The notes under the pieces are model-generated. The model ran no database searches and had not been told where the DNA came from. It saw only the letters and a list, made by a program, of their open reading frames with translations. From Candidatus Nanosyncoccus sp. (GTDB lineage: Bacteria; Patescibacteriota; Saccharimonadia; Saccharimonadales; Saccharimonadaceae): DNA of 62,925 nucleotides. The stretch lies in assembly GCA_045604085.1 (NCBI GenBank), contig JAZUNK010000023.1:1-62925 (forward strand), given 5' to 3'. The position numbers were made by a program, and so were the translations under genes. Positions 49,442 through 57,768 of this stretch are shown one piece after another; position 1 is the first letter of the stretch; every line of letters starts with the position of its first letter.

Positions 49442-49606
49442 GGAAATTAAATAATCCTTTCTTCAGTGGGCAAAATGCCCCTCAAGTTAAAAATTACAAC
49501 ACCAGTCGGACTGTTTCGGAAACTACATTTCCCTCAGTAATCCGTGGAGTTGTAATTTTTATATGAGGGGATTTTGTATATTTCGGAGAAGGATTATTTA
49601 ATTTCC
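49442..49606. repeat. Long imperfect palindrome (fold-back element 4), 18 bp perfect terminal IR
   Basis: GGAAATTAAATAATCCTT/AAGGATTATTTAATTTCC, CCCCTCA/TGAGGGG, AAAAATTACAAC/GTTGTAATTTTT; apex GGAAA-CTACA-TTTCC. Confidence 0.9.
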
Positions 49607-49623
49607 CGTGATATAATACTTGT

Positions 49624-50790
49624 ATGAACGAGTTTGACTATTTACGCGAGGGGGAAGTATATCTTGATAGTGCATGTCAAAGTTTAAGACCGAGATGCGT
49701 GATTGATGCGGTTAATAAATATTACACAGAACATAATTCTTGTGGGGAGCGAGTAAAATATAAGTGGGGAATGGAGACTGACGAAAAGGTTGAGGCAACA
49801 CGAGAAAAGGTTTTAAAGTTTTTAAAACTATCGGCGCGAAAATATACCGTTTCTTTTACACTCAATACGACTTATGGAATTAATTTAATTCTGTCGCAAA
49901 TTAAGCCAACACGTTTTAAAAAGGTAATGACAAGTGAAATTGAACATAATTCACCATTTTTAGCAACAATGGCATTCGCGAAACGAACTGGGTTACCCCG
50001 CGAAGTAATGAAGAGGAACGATGACGGCTCGATCGAAACAAGTACTTATGATTTCACAGATTCTGTGGTTGTGATTAATTGTGCGTCGAATTTTGACGGA
50101 CGAAAACTTTTGAATATTTCGGAAATAGTTAAGGCGGTGCATAAAGCTGGCGGAATTATTATTATCGATGCAGCGCAGGCGATGGCACACTCTTCCGATA
50201 TTCTACGTGGGGTTGAGGCAGATGCAATTTGTTTTTCGGCGCACAAACTATATGCGCCGTCACTTGGTGTGATCGTGTGGCGGGATGAACTTGCGTCAGA
50301 TTTAGAAGTTGGATTTGTCGGAGGCGGAATGGTGGACGATGTTAACGTAGATTCTTATTTACTATCTGCGGAGGGGAAAGAACATCGATATACGAGATTT
50401 GAATCTGGGCTGCAGGCCTGGGGGGAGATTGTAGGGTTAGGGGTAGCGTTGGATTTTTTGAATGAAGTACCAAAAAAAGAATGGCGCAAATTTGAAGAAA
50501 ATTATACAGAGCTTTATGAATTTTTAGCAAGCTCGAAAAAAGTACATCTCGTAAATTACGAAGTTAATCCGACAATGTCGTTTTACATTGAAGGAATAGA
50601 TTCACATTTACTCGGGAGTGCCCTTTCGCGAGAGAATATCATGGCGCGGACGGGATATTTTTGCGCACACTATTATCTAGACCATGTATGTAAGTTTCCG
50701 CCGTTAATTCGATTTTCGCTTGGCCTTCACAATACGCCGGAATCAATCGAAAAAGTCAAAAAAGTAATGGTAAAAATTATTCAGGAGTGA
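49624..50790 (+). CDS. SufS/CsdA-like PLP-dependent cysteine desulfurase (aminotransferase class V)
   Basis: YLDSA, EHNS, DAAQ, FSAHK, RFESG, RTGYFCA. Confidence 0.88.
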   Translation: MNEFDYLREGEVYLDSACQSLRPRCVIDAVNKYYTEHNSCGERVKYKWGMETDEKVEATREKVLKFLKLSARKYTVSFTLNTTYGINLILSQIKPTRFKKVMTSEIEHNSPFLATMAFAKRTGLPREVMKRNDDGSIETSTYDFTDSVVVINCASNFDGRKLLNISEIVKAVHKAGGIIIIDAAQAMAHSSDILRGVEADAICFSAHKLYAPSLGVIVWRDELASDLEVGFVGGGMVDDVNVDSYLLSAEGKEHRYTRFESGLQAWGEIVGLGVALDFLNEVPKKEWRKFEENYTELYEFLASSKKVHLVNYEVNPTMSFYIEGIDSHLLGSALSRENIMARTGYFCAHYYLDHVCKFPPLIRFSLGLHNTPESIEKVKKVMVKIIQE

Positions 50791-50805
50791 TAAAATAATT
50801 TTGTT

Positions 50806-51876
50806 ATGGTGTGCATAGCTGCGTTTATTATCTTGGCTTTGATTGGTGTATTTGTTGCAGCAATTTCTATTTTTAAACCAAAAATTGGAAAAGCATATTT
50901 AAAGGCTTTAAAAAAAGCTTGGGGATGTCTATGGAAAAAAGTGCGCCTACAAAAGTGTGAGACTGGATTTAAGGACGATGTGAAAAATACTTTACTTTCG
51001 CGGATAATGCTTAAAAAACCGCAACTTGTTAAACCCCTTTCGATTGTAATTGAGGTTGGCTCCATACTGATTGTGATAATTGCGGTTTGGGCAATTTTAA
51101 CCGCCATCAAGTCACTTCTAGCACTTTGGGCGCTTGGATCGTGCAACGTCACAAAGCCGTCTGCATGTTCTCTCGGGGCAGAAGTTTGTTCGATTGATGA
51201 ATCGGAACCGACTAATGTTTTTGAGGCAACAGGTAGATGGTTTACAGAATGGGGAGAAATTTTCGAGGCAATTCCTGATAAATTTAAAAATTATAATGCG
51301 GAAGATTACGATTTTAACTATATATCTATAAATAATGACGAGAATGAAACTTTGCCATACGTAATTGATATTTTTGATCCGGGATGTTCAGTATGCATGA
51401 TTTCATATCGAAATCAAAAAGAGGCGGGCTTTCTCAATAATCACAATGTTAGACTGGTACCATTTGCAATCCAGGATGCAGATAACAATTATAAATTTAA
51501 AAATTCTGAAATAATTGTTAAATATATGTTTGCGGCCGAAGGTGTTAGAAAAGGTACAGGAAAAAAAATAATTGATAAAATATTTACCGATAAGAACAGC
51601 GAGGGGTTATCTTATCAAAATAAGTTCAATGAAGATTATACGCAAGATGAGGCAATAAATAAATTAAAACAATGGCTAAAGGATTTTGGTTTAAATGAAG
51701 AAGAAATAACGAAAACGCAAGAATATACTGAAGGTAAACCATTCAAAGATGGGCAAACAATCGATGAGCTGCTAGCTAAGAATCGCGAAATTGTAGAAAA
51801 ACAACTACGCGTAAAGGGCATTCCGACCATGATTTATGATGGGAAGCGACACACTGGTCTTTGGAAAAATGAGTAA
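50806..51876 (+). CDS. Membrane-anchored DsbA/thioredoxin-fold protein
   Basis: FDPGCSVC (CxxC), cis-Pro loop VKGIPTM, two N-terminal TMs. Confidence 0.75.
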   Translation: MVCIAAFIILALIGVFVAAISIFKPKIGKAYLKALKKAWGCLWKKVRLQKCETGFKDDVKNTLLSRIMLKKPQLVKPLSIVIEVGSILIVIIAVWAILTAIKSLLALWALGSCNVTKPSACSLGAEVCSIDESEPTNVFEATGRWFTEWGEIFEAIPDKFKNYNAEDYDFNYISINNDENETLPYVIDIFDPGCSVCMISYRNQKEAGFLNNHNVRLVPFAIQDADNNYKFKNSEIIVKYMFAAEGVRKGTGKKIIDKIFTDKNSEGLSYQNKFNEDYTQDEAINKLKQWLKDFGLNEEEITKTQEYTEGKPFKDGQTIDELLAKNREIVEKQLRVKGIPTMIYDGKRHTGLWKNE

Positions 51877-51999
51877 TTTTTACAACATTTTTCACGCTAC
51901 CGATGTTTTTTAAGTGGAAAACTTTTAAGAAAAAACCTTGACTTTATGTCTGATAAGATATAATATAATATTAATACTATATTTAGACAGGAATGCGAG

Positions 52000-52521
52000 G
52001 TGATGTCTGAAATCCCAGAAAAACAAATAAAAAGGTTACGAGCTCTACTGAGCGAGGCTGAGACCAATTTGTCTGCTGCAAAGGAATTGCTGTTTTCTAT
52101 TTTGGGAGACGGCGAAAAAATTTCTGCGCCGCGAGAAACAGTTGTTTCGGGACCTGAAGGAAAAGTAATCGAAGGAATTTTTGACGGCCAAATCATGATT
52201 GGCCCGGATGGCAAAAATTATCCTGTTCCAGCGAATTACGCTTCGAAATCCAAATTAGTCGAAGGTGATATTATGAAGCTAACAATTACCGAAGATGGAA
52301 AGTTCTTGTATAAACAAATTGGGCCGGTTGAGCGAAAGACGGTAATTGGAACATTAACGCACCATGACGATAAATATTTTGTCGAAGTAGCAGGAAAAGA
52401 ATATCAGATTTTATATGCTTCGGTAACTTATTTCCATCTTCGCGATGGCTCACAGGTTTCAGTGACAATACCGGCGAAAAACGACGATGCTACATGGGCA
52501 GCGGTCGAAGCCGCTCTATAA
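52000..52521 (+). CDS. Conserved hypothetical protein (CPR-type)
   Basis: VIEGIFDGQIMIGPDGKNYPVPANYASKSKLVEGD, a motif I associate with Patescibacteria proteins; function unknown. Confidence 0.7.
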   Translation: MMSEIPEKQIKRLRALLSEAETNLSAAKELLFSILGDGEKISAPRETVVSGPEGKVIEGIFDGQIMIGPDGKNYPVPANYASKSKLVEGDIMKLTITEDGKFLYKQIGPVERKTVIGTLTHHDDKYFVEVAGKEYQILYASVTYFHLRDGSQVSVTIPAKNDDATWAAVEAAL

Positions 52522-52566
52522 ATTTAAGCTTTATTTGAGAAAGAAATTTAATAAAGAAATGATGGA

Positions 52567-52598
52567 TGAATCCGAGAAATGAATTCTCGGATTCTTTT
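52567..52598 (+). terminator. Intrinsic terminator
   Basis: GAATCCGAGAA-ATGAA-TTCTCGGATTC-TTTT. Confidence 0.75.
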
Positions 52599-52619
52599 GA
52601 TTATGATATAATGTAGATA

Positions 52620-54050
52620 GTGAAAAACCTTTATAGACGCTATAGGCCGTTAAAACTAAGCGAGGTAGTTGGTCAAGATCAAGTTATTGAGCCCTTAAAA
52701 AAATCCCTCGCTCAAGGGAAAATTGGACATGCATATCTTTTTGTGGGGCCAAGAGGGTGCGGTAAAACGAGCGTGGCGCGTATCCTAGCACATGAGGTGA
52801 ACAATTTTAAATATGAAATTGAAGATAATTATGTTGATATTATCGAGATTGACGGCGCAAGTAATCGTGGGGTCGATAATATTAGAGAATTAAGAGAAAA
52901 AGTAACGATTGCGCCAACAGCTGGAAAATATAAAGTATATATTATAGATGAAGTCCATATGTTGACAAAAGAAGCCTTCAACGCGCTTCTTAAAACCCTT
53001 GAAGAACCACCAAAACATGCAATATTCATCCTGGCGACAACTGACGCATATAAAGTACCTGTCACAATCACTTCAAGGACGCAAACCTATACTTTTAAAT
53101 TAGCTGACACTGATACGATGTTTGATTTTCTAAAATCAGTTGCCGAGAAAGAAAAAATCGACATAAGCGATGACGCGTTAAAAATTGTAGCTAAAAGGAG
53201 CGGAGGATCCTTCCGCGACTCTTTGAGCCTACTCGATCAAATCTCAACTTTATCGGAAACTAAAATTACCAAAGATTTAGTTATTTCAGCAATGGGGTTA
53301 CCAAGTGACGAAAAAATTGCGACGCTTTTGTCTGAATACATTAATGGAAATGTTGTAAAAATTGTGGCCAACCTGAAGGATTTATTATTATCTGGAGTTA
53401 AAGCCGAGACTTTAACGGAGGAAATAATTTCAAAAATCGTCGAAAATCCTAGACCTGAATTGCTAACTTTACTATCTAAATTACCCGACGTAAAGGCTCC
53501 TTATGCCGAAGCAAAATTATTGGTTGCCTTAGCTGTAAATGACGCGCGGGTGGCCGGCAATGTCTTTTTCAAGGGCGGTGACCGATTAGCTCGTTCTGAG
53601 GCGTATATTCCTGACGGACCCGAGAAAGCTGCCCGAAGGGCAGACTTTCCCGGAGCTCCAGCGCATGACGCCGAAGGCGAGTTAGTCGGCCCCAAAAAAG
53701 GCATGTCGGACAGGACCCGTGCTAATAGTAAAAGCAAGGATTTTGACTGGGATGGATTTCTTGATAATGTAAGACAGAAAAATGAGGCAGTTTATTTACA
53801 GCTGACAAAAACACAGCATGAATTGGACGGAAATGAATTACACATTTATCCGATAAAGAAAATTGTTAAAAATATTTTATCGCGCGATAATAATAAAAAA
53901 ATATTAATCGACGTGGCGGCTGGTGTAAAAATTACAATACATGAAATAGATGAGGTCCCAAATAATAGTAAAAAAGATACAACCCTCTCGAAAATATCTG
54001 ATATAATGGGTGGAGAGGTAATAAATGATGGAGGAGGAAGCCCGTTCTAG
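52620..54050 (+). CDS. dnaX: DNA polymerase III subunit gamma/tau
   Basis: LYRRYRP, GPRGCGKT, EIDGASNRGVD, IIDEVHML, FNALLKTLEEPP. Confidence 0.96.
   Translation: MKNLYRRYRPLKLSEVVGQDQVIEPLKKSLAQGKIGHAYLFVGPRGCGKTSVARILAHEVNNFKYEIEDNYVDIIEIDGASNRGVDNIRELREKVTIAPTAGKYKVYIIDEVHMLTKEAFNALLKTLEEPPKHAIFILATTDAYKVPVTITSRTQTYTFKLADTDTMFDFLKSVAEKEKIDISDDALKIVAKRSGGSFRDSLSLLDQISTLSETKITKDLVISAMGLPSDEKIATLLSEYINGNVVKIVANLKDLLLSGVKAETLTEEIISKIVENPRPELLTLLSKLPDVKAPYAEAKLLVALAVNDARVAGNVFFKGGDRLARSEAYIPDGPEKAARRADFPGAPAHDAEGELVGPKKGMSDRTRANSKSKDFDWDGFLDNVRQKNEAVYLQLTKTQHELDGNELHIYPIKKIVKNILSRDNNKKILIDVAAGVKITIHEIDEVPNNSKKDTTLSKISDIMGGEVINDGGGSPF
53544..53722 (+). repeat. Palindromic insertion in-frame within dnaX (fold-back element 5)
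   Basis: GCGCGGGT/ACCCGTGC, CCGGCAATGTCTTTTT/AAAAAGGCATGTCGG, CCGATTAGCTCGTT/GGCGAGTTAGTCGG; apex CTGCCC-GAA-GGGCAG. Confidence 0.88.
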
Positions 54051-55389
54051 GAATGGTGGTCGCGTGCCACCGCAAGATGTCGTAGCTGAAAAATCGCTGC
54101 TGGGTGCTATTATGCTTTCAAACGATGTCCTGCCTGAAATTTTAACTATTTTGAGGCCGCGCGATTTTTACAAAAATCGACATCAGATAATTTTCCAATC
54201 TATTATCGACTTGTATGACCAACATAAGCCGATCGACTTATTAACTTTGACTGCCGAGTTGAAATCCAAAAAGAAGCTAAAAGAAATTGGAGGAGCATCG
54301 TATTTAACTGAGCTTTCTAACTTTGTGCCCGCAGCTTCACACGCAAAGGCCTATGCTGATATCATCGAAAAAGCTTCGGTTAGACGACGTTTAATAAAGG
54401 CAGGGACGCAAATCGCAGATAAGGCTTACGAAGACGATGCGGATGCCGACAATTTAATTGGAGCAGCAGAAAAAGAATTATTTGAAGTATCAGATAAAAT
54501 TATAAAAAGCGATTATGTTGCTATGGATGAGTTGCTTGCTGATGCGTTTGACAGAATTGAAGAACTACATAAAAATAAAGGGATTTTGCGTGGTCTTAAA
54601 ACTGGTTTTCGTGATTTAGATAAAAAAACAGCAGGTTTTCAAAAAGGTGATCTCGTCATTATAGGTGCACGCCCGGCAATGGGTAAAACAACTTTTGCTC
54701 AAAACTTAGCATATAATATTGCAAGCATAAACAAAAAAGGCGTTCTATTCTTTTCGATGGAAATGGCGGCGAATGAGATTATAGACCGCATGATTTCTGA
54801 TGTATCGGGAGTTGATAACTGGAAAATGCGAACTGGGAATTTGAGCGATGAAGAATTTTCTCGTATCGGTGACGCGTTAGGAGAGATGGATGAAATACCA
54901 ATTTATATAGACGATACTAGCTCTATGACAATCGTCGAACTTCGCAACAAAGCACGACGCGCAATGCACGACCACGATATCGGAATTGTAATTGTTGATT
55001 ATTTGCAGTTAATTTCTGGGTCCGATCGGTACGCGGGGAACCGTGTGCAAGAAGTAACAGAAATTTCGCGTGGTCTAAAAATCCTTGCGCGCGAGCTTGA
55101 AATACCAGTCGTCGCTTTAGCTCAGCTTTCGCGTAATGTGACTGGCCGTGATGACCCTCGCCCAGTCTTATCCGACCTTCGCGAATCGGGCTCAATCGAG
55201 CAGGATGCTGATCTGGTAATGTTTCTACATCGCCCAGATTATTATCGTCAAAATGATGACAATTATGAAGAAACACACATTACGGAGCTCTTGATCGCAA
55301 AACATCGCCATGGTGCAGTTGGGAAAATTGAATTATATTTTCACCCAGAGCTTCTTCGTTTTATGTCTCTTGATAAAACCCGCGAATAA
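54025..55389 (+). CDS. dnaB: Replicative DNA helicase
   Basis: PPQDVVAE, GARPAMGKT, FSMEM, VDYLQL, SDLRESGSIEQDAD, AKHRHG. Confidence 0.97.
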   Translation: MMEEEARSRNGGRVPPQDVVAEKSLLGAIMLSNDVLPEILTILRPRDFYKNRHQIIFQSIIDLYDQHKPIDLLTLTAELKSKKKLKEIGGASYLTELSNFVPAASHAKAYADIIEKASVRRRLIKAGTQIADKAYEDDADADNLIGAAEKELFEVSDKIIKSDYVAMDELLADAFDRIEELHKNKGILRGLKTGFRDLDKKTAGFQKGDLVIIGARPAMGKTTFAQNLAYNIASINKKGVLFFSMEMAANEIIDRMISDVSGVDNWKMRTGNLSDEEFSRIGDALGEMDEIPIYIDDTSSMTIVELRNKARRAMHDHDIGIVIVDYLQLISGSDRYAGNRVQEVTEISRGLKILARELEIPVVALAQLSRNVTGRDDPRPVLSDLRESGSIEQDADLVMFLHRPDYYRQNDDNYEETHITELLIAKHRHGAVGKIELYFHPELLRFMSLDKTRE

Positions 55390-55404
55390 GTATATAATGG
55401 TTAT

Positions 55405-56856
55405 GTGAAGAAAACACCGATCACAAAGCTTTTTTTATACCGATATCGCTTCATTATCGGGTACTCTATTTTGGGCATTGCTTTCGTTGCTTTATTGTTC
55501 TTGTTGCCGCTAATCGCACAGAAAGGATTATCGCAAACCGAAATTGAATCAGCGACAAGTTCTTATTATTTAGGAAAAAATGGAATTATCAATGGCGATT
55601 TGGTTGATTTGCCATACCGTATATTGCAAAAACTTTCCATATCGATTTTTGGATTGTCTGCTTACGCGATAAAATTTCCTAGTATATTGATTGGGCTACT
55701 TTTAGGTTTTATGTTAATCCTCTTACTAAACCGTTGGTTTAAAACCAATGTATCATTACTCGCATCGTGCCTAGTTGTGCTTTCAACGCCGTTTTTATTT
55801 CTGGCCGGTTCGGGAACACCGCTTATTATGATTATCTTTTGGCCCACACTATTACTTTGGCTCGGTTCGAAAATTCAAGGCGAAAAACGACCAAGACCTC
55901 TATATAGTTTTATTTTCGCTATTGCTATGTTGCTTTCTGTTTTTACACCATATATGATATATTTCGCTATTTTCTGCGTCTTTTTTGTAATATCGCAACC
56001 ACATCTACGTTTTATTATCAAAAGTTTACCGAGACTACCTTTAATAATTATTACTATTTTTGTTATTTCTGGATTTACTATATTGGGAATAAGCGTCTTC
56101 AATCATCCAGAAACCATTATGGAACTATTGTTTGCAGGAGATTTTAAAATGTCGAACTTTTTTCCAAACATTCTCACAGGGATCGCGCCGCTATTTTCTT
56201 GGCATAACAGTCTAGAAGGCGTCTTCTTGTCTCCGCTTGCCAGTTTACCTATTTTTGCGCTCTCCTTGATCGGACTATTTTCGACAACAAAAGGCTTTTT
56301 TGCGTCAAGAAATTCAATTGCATCACTACTTATCATCTTCTGCCTAATTATTACAGGATTTAATCCAAATGCAATTATATTTTTTATCTTACCGTTTTCT
56401 ATTCTTATTGCACACGGTTTAAGATATATGCTGGAAAAATGGTATGGGCTCTTTCCAGAAAACCCATATGCAAGAATATCAGCACTTATCCCATTAACAA
56501 TATTATTTGGAGTCATGATTATTCCAGGACTTTTACAATATGTATATGGCTATCGCTATAACCCAGTAGTAGCGGATGATTTTAGCGATACCCTAGAGGT
56601 TATTCGAAATAATCTTAGCGATGAGACTCTATTGATATCTGATAATTATGATTTTTATAAAATATTAGAGTCTTCTACAAAAATAAAAGTAGTAGATAGC
56701 CTGGATGAGAGTGCTGAAAAACTTGCAGTACTCGAGAAGATTGAAGACGAATCAATGAAAAACTACCAGCTTTCACAGATAATTACATCTCCGAAACGAG
56801 ATAATTCTGATATAATATATTTATATAATTTTAGTGAAAAATTGGAAGGAGAGTAA
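55405..56856 (+). CDS. ArnT/PMT-like (GT-C fold) polytopic membrane protein
   Basis: About 12 TMs, DLPY...SIFGLSAYAIKFPS pattern, soluble C-terminal domain. Confidence 0.6.
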   Translation: MKKTPITKLFLYRYRFIIGYSILGIAFVALLFLLPLIAQKGLSQTEIESATSSYYLGKNGIINGDLVDLPYRILQKLSISIFGLSAYAIKFPSILIGLLLGFMLILLLNRWFKTNVSLLASCLVVLSTPFLFLAGSGTPLIMIIFWPTLLLWLGSKIQGEKRPRPLYSFIFAIAMLLSVFTPYMIYFAIFCVFFVISQPHLRFIIKSLPRLPLIIITIFVISGFTILGISVFNHPETIMELLFAGDFKMSNFFPNILTGIAPLFSWHNSLEGVFLSPLASLPIFALSLIGLFSTTKGFFASRNSIASLLIIFCLIITGFNPNAIIFFILPFSILIAHGLRYMLEKWYGLFPENPYARISALIPLTILFGVMIIPGLLQYVYGYRYNPVVADDFSDTLEVIRNNLSDETLLISDNYDFYKILESSTKIKVVDSLDESAEKLAVLEKIEDESMKNYQLSQIITSPKRDNSDIIYLYNFSEKLEGE

Positions 56857-56857
56857 A

Positions 56858-57160
56858 ATGGGTCAGACTATCGACCAAATGAAGCTTTTAAATCAACTAC
56901 GCAAAGCCCAAAAAGAGCTTAAAAATGAAATTGTAGAAGTAGAAGCTGGAGATGGCGCCGTGGTGGTACAAATCAATGGCGAACTCAAAGTGAAAAAGGT
57001 AAAACTTGATCCAGAAAAAATCGATTTTGATGATATTCATGAACTTGAGCGTTGGATCGAGAATTGCATGCGTGATGGTTTCGCTAAAGCACAGGAGATT
57101 GCGACCGATAAAATGAAGCCCCTAATGGGCGGGCTTGGCAATCTTGGTCTTGGAATGTAG
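56858..57160 (+). CDS. ybaB: YbaB/EbfC nucleoid-associated protein
   Basis: VEVEAGDGAVVVQING; upstream of recR. Confidence 0.9.
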   Translation: MGQTIDQMKLLNQLRKAQKELKNEIVEVEAGDGAVVVQINGELKVKKVKLDPEKIDFDDIHELERWIENCMRDGFAKAQEIATDKMKPLMGGLGNLGLGM

Positions 57161-57162
57161 AA

Positions 57163-57768
57163 ATGTTACCGCGAGCTCTTGCTGATGTAATTGAGGCGCT
57201 CGGTCGTTTGCCGGGAGTCGGACCACGTACCGCCGAAAGGTATGCGTATTATCTTTTTAAATCTAACGAAAAAATATCCGAAAATATTGCAAACTCGCTT
57301 CAAAAATTACATAGTGGCGTAAAATCTTGTCCTGTAACTTTCGCGATCATTGACGCAGAGGAAGAAGTATCACCGCTTTATTCTGACCCAACTAGAGATA
57401 AGTCTACCGTTTTAGTAGTTGAGGAGCCACTTGACATTTATTCAATCGAACAAACCCGGAGTTATAAGGGTACCTATCATGTGCTGGGTGGGGCAATTTC
57501 GCCAATCGATGGAGTCACTCCAGAGCAATTACATATTGGCGAATTAATCAAACGAGTCAATGCTGACAACGTAAAAGAAGTTATTATTGCTACTAATCCC
57601 TCAATAGAAGGCGAATCGACAGCGTTATTGCTTGAAAAAATGCTTCATGAACAAAATCCAAATTTAAAACTAACGCGTCTCGCTCGCGGATTGCCACTCG
57701 GCGTTGACCTTTCGTATGCTGATCAAATTACTCTTAGCGCCGCGCTAGAAAATAGAACTGACCTATAA
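57163..57768 (+). CDS. recR: Recombination mediator RecR (C4 zinc finger degenerate)
   Basis: LPGVGPRTAER, VVEEPLD, YHVLGG.ISP.DG, ATNPSIEGE, LARGLP. Confidence 0.95.
   Translation: MLPRALADVIEALGRLPGVGPRTAERYAYYLFKSNEKISENIANSLQKLHSGVKSCPVTFAIIDAEEEVSPLYSDPTRDKSTVLVVEEPLDIYSIEQTRSYKGTYHVLGGAISPIDGVTPEQLHIGELIKRVNADNVKEVIIATNPSIEGESTALLLEKMLHEQNPNLKLTRLARGLPLGVDLSYADQITLSAALENRTDL

Noticed and set aside
53691-53702. AAAAAAG in dnaX resembling the E. coli -1 frameshift site
   Set aside because: Codons are CCC AAA AAA GGC, so the heptamer is not in the A AAA AAG phase; it is also part of the hairpin arm.
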